Source of the DNA: Nitrospinota bacterium
GTDB taxonomy: Bacteria; Nitrospinota_A; UBA7883; JBLYYQ01
Direction: 5' to 3'
Assembly: GCA_048550035.1 (NCBI GenBank)
Contig: JBLYYQ010000086.1
Span: 1-48,439, forward strand
DNA length: 48,439 bases
This document shows, one piece after another, positions 40,914 to 48,195 of this stretch. Under the pieces are notes generated by a model. It did no database searches and had not been told where the DNA came from. It worked only from the letters and a program-made list of their open reading frames with translations. The translations under genes were made by a program, and so were the position numbers. How positions within the stretch are numbered: the stretch's first letter is position 1; the number at the start of each line of letters is the position of its first letter.

Positions 40914-42287
40914 TTACTTTTTTACCTTTTTGACCCGTTCCCAAGGAGGTGTGAAAAGTGAGGAATAGCTCTTTTCCATTTTACCTGATTTTAACTCAGC
41001 CATAATCTCCTTTGTGCTAGCATTTCTATACCATTTATGCCAATCAGTCTTCAGTAATTTCTCTATATAGGCATTAGCTTCTTTGTCTTTTAGTTTCTCT
41101 ACTCCTGGGATAAACTTTACATAAAAATGTTTGGCTACATCATAAATCCCATGCCACCAAGTATAGTCAGGTCCTCCCATAGCAGCTCCCATTCTCGCTC
41201 GTCTACCTTCATGATGCCAGATTTCCCAATAGAGCCATTCAACATCATTTGTAAATTTATTTTGATTCTTAAATGATTTGTTCTTCTTTAAAATGGCCAT
41301 AATCTCTTTTGCCGGAATACCAAATTTTTGGTCATAGAGATTTACTACACCATCATATTGACTATAAAAACCTTCTATAAATCGTTGACCATGGCAGTTT
41401 TTGCAGACTGATATCATTTTTGCTCGCTTCGCTTTTGAATTTTTCTTTGGCTTGCTTACAGGGGGTCTTAGATTCCATGATAGTCTGTCTCCTACGTCAT
41501 GCGTTGATTGCATTGTAGAGGTTGCACTTAAATGACATGTAGCACAGGTTGGCGCATTAAAATAATCTTCGCCTACTATCCATTTCTTTCGATCCATATT
41601 CATTTTACCTGCTGCATGTGCATACCTATATGCAATTCCATGTTTACTCTCTTCGTAAATCTCTTTTTGAGGGTGATCTGGACCTAAGTGACATTTACCG
41701 CAGTTTTCTGGCTCACGGGATTGCTCTAGAGAAAATGCATGCCTACTATGACATGCTGAACATGATCCTTCAGACCCGTCAGGATTAACTCTACCAATCC
41801 CAGTATTAGGCCACGATTTCTTTGATAATTTATTTGGGCTCTTATTATCGATCTTAACAACACTTCCATGACACATTTCACACCCTGCTATAACTGCGGG
41901 TGAGCCGCCTACTACACCTGCTAAATAGTTATCTAATGAGTCTAAGATCCGACCTGCTTTTGCATGGTGAGACTTTTGTACCTCTTCCTCTTGCCTCTCA
42001 TGACAACGACCACAATCTTTTGGAGTTACTAATGTTGCTATCGTTAAACCTTCATGTTTGAACGCATCTACATCTGTTGCTCCTGCCTGATGACAAGAAT
42101 AACAGGTTACATTTTTTGATCCATGTTCTGATGTTGCCCATTGATTATAAAGACCTGGGGTCTCTCGCTTATGGCAGGTCATACATTTACCCTGAAGCTT
42201 CTCTACAGTTTCAGCCCTTCCTTCAGAAAATAATATGACAGTTGATATTATTAGTAAAAAAAAGATTTTTAAATAGCCTCTACACAT
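40914..42287 (-). CDS. Octahaem cytochrome c of the hydroxylamine oxidoreductase (HAO) family, short form
   Basis: 457 aa with a Sec signal. Eight CxxCH motifs: CMTCH, CYSCH, CGRCH, CEMCH, CSACH, CGKCH, CATCH, CKNCH. Also has the HAO-like CGKCHLGPDHPQKEIYEESKHG and GPDYTWWHG. Confidence 0.75.
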   Translation of the reverse strand: MCRGYLKIFFLLIISTVILFSEGRAETVEKLQGKCMTCHKRETPGLYNQWATSEHGSKNVTCYSCHQAGATDVDAFKHEGLTIATLVTPKDCGRCHERQEEEVQKSHHAKAGRILDSLDNYLAGVVGGSPAVIAGCEMCHGSVVKIDNKSPNKLSKKSWPNTGIGRVNPDGSEGSCSACHSRHAFSLEQSREPENCGKCHLGPDHPQKEIYEESKHGIAYRYAHAAGKMNMDRKKWIVGEDYFNAPTCATCHLSATSTMQSTHDVGDRLSWNLRPPVSKPKKNSKAKRAKMISVCKNCHGQRFIEGFYSQYDGVVNLYDQKFGIPAKEIMAILKKNKSFKNQNKFTNDVEWLYWEIWHHEGRRARMGAAMGGPDYTWWHGIYDVAKHFYVKFIPGVEKLKDKEANAYIEKLLKTDWHKWYRNASTKEIMAELKSGKMEKSYSSLFTPPWERVKKVKK

Positions 42288-42603
42288 TATCTCTCTCCAG
42301 AAAGTTTTACGATGTATAGAATTTTATTATTAGCTTATTTGAATTGCAACTCTTTTCTACACTTTTTATTTAAAAATGAATTATTTAGAATGAGTCTAAA
42401 CTTACGATAAGGCTGCTTTTAAGAAATTATAAACTATGTAGTTAAGTCTTATTAAGTTCTATTTATATATATAAATAATAGTAACAGTAGTTATGAAATA
42501 TCTGTTGATAAGTCATATTTTACATTCTAAAACAGTAGTTTACTTTATAAAGGATATATTAAGTTATTATAAAATGAGCGGACTATTAATTAGAATTGCT
42601 TAT

Positions 42604-42612
42604 TTATCCACA
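42604..42612 (+). promoter_or_regulatory. DnaA box (TTATCCACA, perfect)
   Basis: Exact 9-mer, embedded in the 15-nt repeat TTTATCCACAGTTTA. Confidence 0.75.
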
Positions 42613-42635
42613 GTTTAGCAAAGTTTTAAAGATGT

Positions 42636-42644
42636 TTATCCACA
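42636..42644 (+). promoter_or_regulatory. DnaA box (TTATCCACA, perfect)
   Basis: Exact 9-mer, same orientation, 32 bp from the first, in the same 15-nt context. Ends 2 nt before the dnaA stop codon. Confidence 0.75.
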
Positions 42645-42646
42645 GT

Positions 42647-43981
42647 TTAAATACCTAATTCTAATTTAATCTTACTTATATGATTATAAAGCTCGGTATT
42701 AACTTCAATATTATTCTTTATTTTAGTTATTGCATGAATAACTGTTGTATGGTCTCTATTACCAAACATTTTACCTATTTCTGGTAATGAAAATCCTGTA
42801 TATTCTCGTGCAAGAAAAAATGCTATATGACGAGGAGTAGTAATCATTTTAGTTCTCTGTTTAGACTTTAAATCTGAGACCTTTACTTTAAAATAGTTAG
42901 CAACTACCTTTTGAATCTGTTCTATTGATATTGATCGATGGGTATCGTCATAAACACCTTTTAGAGTTTCCTTTGCCATCTCTATATCTATACTTCGACC
43001 AGTAAGAGATGCAAATGCCATAACTCTCGCTAATATACCTTCTAACTCTCTTATATTTGATCTTACCTTGTTAGCAAGAAATTGTGAAACTTCATCGTCG
43101 ATTTTAAATCCTTCTTTTTTTATTATATTTTTTACTATTGCAATTTTTATCTCTAATTCAGGTGGCTGTATATCAGATATTAATCCCCATGCAAATCTTG
43201 ACCGCAATCTCTCCTCTAAATTATTTATATCTTTTGGAAATTTATCTGATGAGAGTACTATCTGTTTTTTGAAATCAAACAGGGTATTAAATGTATGGAA
43301 AAACTCCTCTTGAGTCCGCTCTTTGCCTGATATAAATTGTATATCATCAACAAGTAGTAGATCTATACTCCTATATTTATTCCGAAATGAATTCATCTTG
43401 CCACGCTGCAACGAAGTAATTAGATCATTAACAAACTTTTCACTTGAGACATAGAGAACTCCTAATTCACTGTTTTTTTCGATTATTGCATTTCCGATAG
43501 CATGGAGCAGATGTGTTTTACCAAGCCCTACACCACCATAAATAAAAAGTGGATTGTATCTACTCCCAAGTTTTGATGCGACAGCCTTTGCAGATGCAAA
43601 ACAGAACTCATTCGACTTACCAACAACAAAATTATCAAATTTATAACGCTCATTTACAAAAGTAGGATCTTTTGCTTTAACAGCTACTTTTGGCTTTAAA
43701 ACTTCCTCTTTAGCTAAAACTTTCTTACTTTGTTTACGCTCAACTATAAGAAAATCAACCTCGATATTTTTACTTTTTATCAGCTCCTCTAATGTTGCTT
43801 TAATAAAATCTAGATAATGATCTCTGATCCACTCTACATAAAATTGAGATGGTACTTCTAAGACAATCTTTTTATCTTTTGATGAGACATATTTTATCGG
43901 CTCAATCCACGATTCATAATTAAATGGATTTATCTTCTCTTTGAGAGCAAGAAGACAATTGTCCCAGTTCTGTTTTAGCAT
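42647..43981 (-). CDS. dnaA: Chromosomal replication initiator protein DnaA
   Basis: 444 aa. AAA+ motifs YNPLFIYGGVGLGKTHLL and LLVDDIQF. Domain IV has SKQRTKMITTPRHIAFFLAREYT and GNRDHTTVIHA. Confidence 0.97.
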   Translation of the reverse strand: MLKQNWDNCLLALKEKINPFNYESWIEPIKYVSSKDKKIVLEVPSQFYVEWIRDHYLDFIKATLEELIKSKNIEVDFLIVERKQSKKVLAKEEVLKPKVAVKAKDPTFVNERYKFDNFVVGKSNEFCFASAKAVASKLGSRYNPLFIYGGVGLGKTHLLHAIGNAIIEKNSELGVLYVSSEKFVNDLITSLQRGKMNSFRNKYRSIDLLLVDDIQFISGKERTQEEFFHTFNTLFDFKKQIVLSSDKFPKDINNLEERLRSRFAWGLISDIQPPELEIKIAIVKNIIKKEGFKIDDEVSQFLANKVRSNIRELEGILARVMAFASLTGRSIDIEMAKETLKGVYDDTHRSISIEQIQKVVANYFKVKVSDLKSKQRTKMITTPRHIAFFLAREYTGFSLPEIGKMFGNRDHTTVIHAITKIKNNIEVNTELYNHISKIKLELGI

Positions 43982-44106
43982 TGAAAAGAGTTAACTAACC
44001 TTGAAATAGATTATAAAGGATTGCATTATACCACCAATAACTAGTAGGTCAAGATTTTCTATTCGACCTTACGATAGCCTAAACAATAGAAATTAAGTAC
44101 TACTAC

Positions 44107-44544
44107 TTACTTTCGAACAATATCAGTGTCAAAGATATCCCCTGTTAAGATATCCTCTATAGTTATTGAATAAAGTAAAGTTTCAAACTGTTTAAAAAGA
44201 TAAGACCATAGTCGTTGTGTCTTACATAGATATGATTTAGAACATGTCAATAACTCTTCAGATGTACTACATTCTGTAAGCTCCATTGATTCATCAACCG
44301 CCATAAAGATATCACCAATTGATATTTCTGACGGATCTTTTGTCAAAAGATAGCCTCCACCAGGTCCACGGACTGATTTTACTAACCCACCTTTTCGCAA
44401 TTTTAAAAAGAGCTGTTCTAAATAATGAAGAGATGTATTTTCGATCCTCGATATCTCAGCTAGCGATAGAGGTTTAGATTTATCTCTAGATGCCATGCAG
44501 ACTAACGCTTCAACAGCATAATGACCTTTAGAAGAGATTTTCAT
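44107..44544 (-). CDS. Rrf2-family transcriptional regulator (three-Cys, IscR/NsrR-like)
   Basis: 145 aa. SSKGHYAVEALVCMA, wHTH LSLAEISRIENTSLHYLEQLFLKLRKGGLVKSVRGPGGGY and a C-x8-C-x5-C cluster (TECSTSEELLTCSKSYLC). Confidence 0.85.
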   Translation of the reverse strand: MKISSKGHYAVEALVCMASRDKSKPLSLAEISRIENTSLHYLEQLFLKLRKGGLVKSVRGPGGGYLLTKDPSEISIGDIFMAVDESMELTECSTSEELLTCSKSYLCKTQRLWSYLFKQFETLLYSITIEDILTGDIFDTDIVRK

Positions 44545-44545
44545 A

Positions 44546-44785
44546 TTACTTTTTCTTTACATATATTTCCCACAAATTATTCCCAATCAGGTCAGGTCCT
44601 TTTACAATTTCGTGACCCTCATTTTGCAAACTCTTTGGGACATTGATACTAGCAGGTTGATGATCTAAGATAATTTTCAGAATTTCGCCTGAGTTTATAG
44701 ACTCAATCTTTAACTTTGACTCTACAAATGTATAAGGACAGACTTCACCTTGTATATCTATAGTATGATCTGCTTTGATATCCAT
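44546..44785 (-). CDS. tusA: TusA/SirA-family sulfurtransferase
   Basis: 79 aa. The active-site context DIQGEVCPYTFVESKLKI (CP motif) and the alpha/beta two-layer length fit TusA. Confidence 0.85.
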   Translation of the reverse strand: MDIKADHTIDIQGEVCPYTFVESKLKIESINSGEILKIILDHQPASINVPKSLQNEGHEIVKGPDLIGNNLWEIYVKKK

Positions 44786-44816
44786 AACACTCCTTTAATA
44801 AGAGATAGTAAAACTA

Positions 44817-45101
44817 CTAATATGTAATAACTGCTCCAGACTTCTCAAGTAGATCGATAAAATTGCCATAATCAAATTTTTCAAAACTAGAATCGATCTT
44901 CCGGTTGGCAATGGCACTTTTTAAGACATAAATTTTTTTATTTTTTAACGAACATTTAAGCTTACTTTCAAAATCATCTTCTCTCCAATACGAGCCATTT
45001 TGAGCAAGTACAATATTTGCCGATGCATCAAAATAGATCTTAAGCTTATCAATGACCGCTTCATCTGGGGTTTTAGTCAAAAATAGGATTCCATTACCCA
45101 T
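44817..45101 (-). CDS. DsrH/TusB-like small sulfur-relay protein
   Basis: 94 aa. By-eye alignment to TusB/DsrH: ILFL..P, IVLAQNG, IYVLKSAIANRKI, DYGNFIDLL. The family call needs an HMM check. Confidence 0.55.
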   Translation of the reverse strand: MGNGILFLTKTPDEAVIDKLKIYFDASANIVLAQNGSYWREDDFESKLKCSLKNKKIYVLKSAIANRKIDSSFEKFDYGNFIDLLEKSGAVITY

Positions 45102-45107
45102 AATTAT

Positions 45108-46094
45108 TTAACCACCAGAAGTAAATTCACAATCGCAAGAATCAGGCAACACGGTAACAATAGTAGCATCCTGATCCAAAGTTGAGGCAAGCTCCACAGC
45201 CGCTGCTAACGCAGCACCTGATGAAGAACCGATATTAATATTGTAAAGTTCATAAATGAGTCCGACCATTTTATATGCTTGATCAGTTGTTACAGAGATC
45301 TTACCATCTAGTTCGTCAGGTCTGTAGATTTTAGGAACAATAGAGGATGGCATATGTTTAAGCCCCTCAATGCCATGTAACGATTCAGCAGGTTCAACGG
45401 CAAATGCTTTTATATCACTATTGAATCGCTCCTTCAAACCGCGAGAGACACCCATAATAGTTCCAGTAGTACCAAGACCTGCAAGAAAATGTGTCACTTT
45501 ATGACCGGTCTGCTCCCATATCTCAGTGGCCGTACTATTATAATGAGCACGCCAGTTGGCATCGTTATTATATTGATCAGGCCAGAAGTACGATTTGGGA
45601 TTTTGTTGATAGATTTCTTCACATAATTTTATCGCACCATCTGACCCTTCAAATGGGGATGAATAGACTATCTCTGCATGGTATGAAGAGCTCATCAACT
45701 GTTTACGCTCACCACAGACATTTTGTGGCATCACGATTTTAACATGATAGCCTTTAATGAGACCGATCAGTGCATAAGCCACTCCGGTATTACCAGAGGT
45801 TGAATCTAATATCGTAATACCAGGTTTAAGTAGCCCACTCTTTTCACCTTCTAGAATCATATTAAGGGCTGCCCTAGATTTAACAGATCCGCCTGCGTTA
45901 TACCATTCAGCTTTGGCAAAAATAGTCACATTTGGGTTTAGCCCAAACTGATCATTCAGCTTACTAAACTCGAGCAGAGGTGTGTTCCCGATTGTTTTAA
46001 ATAGCGATTCATTTAGATCCTCTTTCGCTACATGGGATGTCTTAGTTAATTTTGATTTTGTTGTTAGTAGTTGCTTTGCCACTTTAAAATTCAC
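45108..46094 (-). CDS. PLP-dependent cysteine synthase, CysM-like (thiocarboxylate-dependent type)
   Basis: 328 aa. GNTPLLEF, PLP lysine GSVKSRAA, TSGNTGVAYA and HFLAGLGTTGTIMG. DQYNNDAN closely parallels mycobacterial CysM (YQYGNPAN, HFVAGLGTTGTLMG). Confidence 0.85.
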   Translation of the reverse strand: MNFKVAKQLLTTKSKLTKTSHVAKEDLNESLFKTIGNTPLLEFSKLNDQFGLNPNVTIFAKAEWYNAGGSVKSRAALNMILEGEKSGLLKPGITILDSTSGNTGVAYALIGLIKGYHVKIVMPQNVCGERKQLMSSSYHAEIVYSSPFEGSDGAIKLCEEIYQQNPKSYFWPDQYNNDANWRAHYNSTATEIWEQTGHKVTHFLAGLGTTGTIMGVSRGLKERFNSDIKAFAVEPAESLHGIEGLKHMPSSIVPKIYRPDELDGKISVTTDQAYKMVGLIYELYNINIGSSSGAALAAAVELASTLDQDATIVTVLPDSCDCEFTSGG

Positions 46095-46109
46095 CTATCA
46101 TAATAGAAG

Positions 46110-46457
46110 TTACAATATTGCAGACTGCTTACTTAAAAAGATGCTTATCTGATTACTATCTAACAATGTTAGATTAGATTTCGAATCGCTTTTTATGTTG
46201 GCATTGATTGCAGCCTCTTGTTCTATAAAAAATGGGACTTCGACTTGAGATAACATAAGTAAATGTTTACTTAGATCAAACGGATCATAGCTTCGATCTT
46301 CTCCTGGTTTGATTAGAAAAGTTCTGATTCCATCAGCAATAACCAGAATATTTACTCTATTTTCATCAACCAGAGTTAATCCGAGCCCCATTCTCATCTT
46401 TTCAGCCAGCTTTAAAGATGGCGCTTGATCTAGTAGTATAGTGATATTTTTTTCCAT
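46110..46457 (-). CDS. DsrF/TusC-like small sulfur-relay protein (cysteine-free)
   Basis: 115 aa. ITILLDQAP...GLGLTLVDE..VNILVIADGIRTFL resembles the TusC/DsrF N-terminal half. The protein has no Cys. Confidence 0.5.
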   Translation of the reverse strand: MEKNITILLDQAPSLKLAEKMRMGLGLTLVDENRVNILVIADGIRTFLIKPGEDRSYDPFDLSKHLLMLSQVEVPFFIEQEAAINANIKSDSKSNLTLLDSNQISIFLSKQSAIL

Positions 46458-46460
46458 AAA

Positions 46461-46772
46461 TCATCTATCAATAAATGCGATAACTTTATCTGCGGTCGCC
46501 ACAAGTTGAGCCAGTTCATATTGACTTTGATATTTAACATCTGGAAGATTAAGAGGAGCTTGAAGCATTATACGGTTATGCTCGCAGACTGTAATAACTG
46601 CTCCAAGCTTAGCTAGTTCCAGAAACTTTTCATCGGCAAGATGAGTTACTCCATCAGCCATAAGAAAAATATCGACATTATGTCTCTTTTTTAATGCAGC
46701 TTTAGTAAGGTTAATGACCGAAATTTTATCTTGATCAAAGTAGCTACTTTGCAATGTAAAGAGTATCTTCAC
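46461..46772 (-). CDS. DsrE/TusD-like small sulfur-relay protein (conserved Cys)
   Basis: 103 aa. ILFTLQSS.., IFLMADGV. The single Cys, in VITVCEHNR, is positioned like the active Cys of TusD/DsrE (..ICVAAA..). Confidence 0.55.
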   Translation of the reverse strand: MKILFTLQSSYFDQDKISVINLTKAALKKRHNVDIFLMADGVTHLADEKFLELAKLGAVITVCEHNRIMLQAPLNLPDVKYQSQYELAQLVATADKVIAFIDR

Positions 46773-46779
46773 AACTCTC

Positions 46780-47583
46780 TTACGTCCTTACTTGGCAAAA
46801 CTCTTCGTAATCAATAGGCTCATGAATTGTCCGGTTGCTAGAGCATATCAAGCAGTCAGGATCTTTCTGGATCTTAAGCTTACGAAATTCAGTGGCTAAT
46901 GCATCATAAAGTAAAAGTCTCCCAATAAGAGGCTGACCGATACCAATGATAATTTTAATAACCTCTTGAGCCTGTAGTAATCCAATAATGCCAGGTAATA
47001 TCCCTAGCACACCTGCTTCATGGCACGATGGTGTGGAACCTGGAGGAGGAGGTTCAGGATAGAGACAACGATAGCAAGGACCAGTTTTACTATCAAATAC
47101 TGTGACCTGTCCTTCAAACCGGAAGATAGAGCCATGGATATTTGGTTTCTTTTGAAAGACCGTTAGATCGTTTATAAGATAGCGTGCTGGGAAATTATCT
47201 GTCCCGTCAACTACAATATCAAACTCCGATATTATATCAGCCCCATTTTTGGCATTAAACCTCTCATAAAAAAGTTCAACATCTACGCCAGGGTTGAGCT
47301 TGTTGATAAACTCTTTAGCAGAGTCTGCCTTATACTGACCGACATTATCGACATTATGTATAATTTGTCGCTGTAGATTAGATACCTCAACCTTATCAAA
47401 ATCTACGATTCCGATCTTACCAACACCAGCTGCTGCAAGATAAGCCAGTAATGGCGATCCTAACCCACCAGCACCAATAGATAAAACTTTGGATTTTAAT
47501 AATTTTTCCTGACCAACACCACCAACTTCAGGTAATATTATATGGCGTGCATATCTATAAACCTCTTCTTTTGTAAACTCCAT
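46780..47583 (-). CDS. MoeB/ThiF-family E1-like adenylyltransferase (no rhodanese domain)
   Basis: 267 aa. RYARHIILPEVGGVGQEKL, GAGGLGSP, SNLQRQ, the Zn pairs CYRC and CLIC, and the conserved Cys in PSCHEAGVLG. The protein ends right after the second CxxC, so it has no C-terminal rhodanese module. Confidence 0.9.
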   Translation of the reverse strand: MEFTKEEVYRYARHIILPEVGGVGQEKLLKSKVLSIGAGGLGSPLLAYLAAAGVGKIGIVDFDKVEVSNLQRQIIHNVDNVGQYKADSAKEFINKLNPGVDVELFYERFNAKNGADIISEFDIVVDGTDNFPARYLINDLTVFQKKPNIHGSIFRFEGQVTVFDSKTGPCYRCLYPEPPPPGSTPSCHEAGVLGILPGIIGLLQAQEVIKIIIGIGQPLIGRLLLYDALATEFRKLKIQKDPDCLICSSNRTIHEPIDYEEFCQVRT

Positions 47584-47599
47584 ATCTTAAGCCTCTTCT

Positions 47600-47884
47600 T
47601 TACCTAATCCCACCTGCAATAGCCGGAATGACTGAAATTTCATCACCATCAGCTAATTTAGTATCAAGTCCATCTCTTGAGCGAATATCTTCGTCATTAA
47701 CAAAGATATTGATAAACTTCCGTAGATTACCATCCTCATCGAGCAGTTTAGTGGCAATGCCTGGATAACTCCCATCCAGATTTGTAATTAGCTCTCCTAA
47801 TTTCTCTGCAGACCCATTAATAGTAGGTTCACCATCAGTCAAAAGCTGTAGTGCAGTCGGAATTCTGACCGTAACGGTTGACAT
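47600..47884 (-). CDS. ThiS/MoaD-fold sulfur carrier protein, CysO-like (GG followed by two extra residues)
   Basis: 94 aa. VTVRIPTAL..., FINIFVNDEDIRSRDGLDTKLADGDEISVIPAIAGG-IR closely parallels mycobacterial CysO (..FVNIYVNDEDVRFSGGL..ADGDSVTILPAVAGG). Confidence 0.85.
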   Translation of the reverse strand: MSTVTVRIPTALQLLTDGEPTINGSAEKLGELITNLDGSYPGIATKLLDEDGNLRKFINIFVNDEDIRSRDGLDTKLADGDEISVIPAIAGGIR

Positions 47885-48094
47885 TCTTATATAGTTCCTT
47901 TCTGGCTTGGTAGCGTAACTGTTTAGACTTAATATTAGTATAAGTACTTGACTGTTGTTGTCAACTATTATTCGACTTTTAATCTAGGAGAGTGGTAGGC
48001 AAAAACTACCTCTATTTAAAGCCATTTTTGATACAAATAGTTATCCGAATTCAAGCAAATTCTATAAGTCATTGATTTTATACTCATTTCATTT

Positions 48095-48110
48095 TGGCAC
48101 AGTAGTTGAA
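48095..48110 (+). promoter_or_regulatory. Weak candidate sigma-54 (-24/-12) promoter
   Basis: TGGCAC-AGTAG-TTGAA has the correct GG-to-(GC) spacing, but the -12 element reads GA instead of GC. It lies 86 nt upstream of the ATG at 48196. Confidence 0.25.
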
Positions 48111-48195
48111 ATCAGAAAAGAATATGTTAACTGTAACAGAGAGATTAGAGCACGAAGTTACAAATCTCAATAATGCTCAGGAGGGGACAATTAAA

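Larger units (their letters stand above)
42288..42646. other. Candidate oriC / DnaA-box region downstream of dnaA
   Basis: 359-bp very AT-rich spacer. It has two perfect DnaA boxes, one 8/9 box (TTATCAACA, complement of 42503-42511) and an AT tract TATTTATATATATAAATAATA near 42460-42482 as a possible unwinding element. Confidence 0.45.

Noticed and set aside
47950-47975. TTGAC-N7-GTCAA inverted repeat overlapping a possible -35 (TTGACA) of the sulfur operon, as an Rrf2 operator
   Set aside because: The arms are only 5 bp and the associated -10 is poor. This is too weak to call without comparative or binding data.
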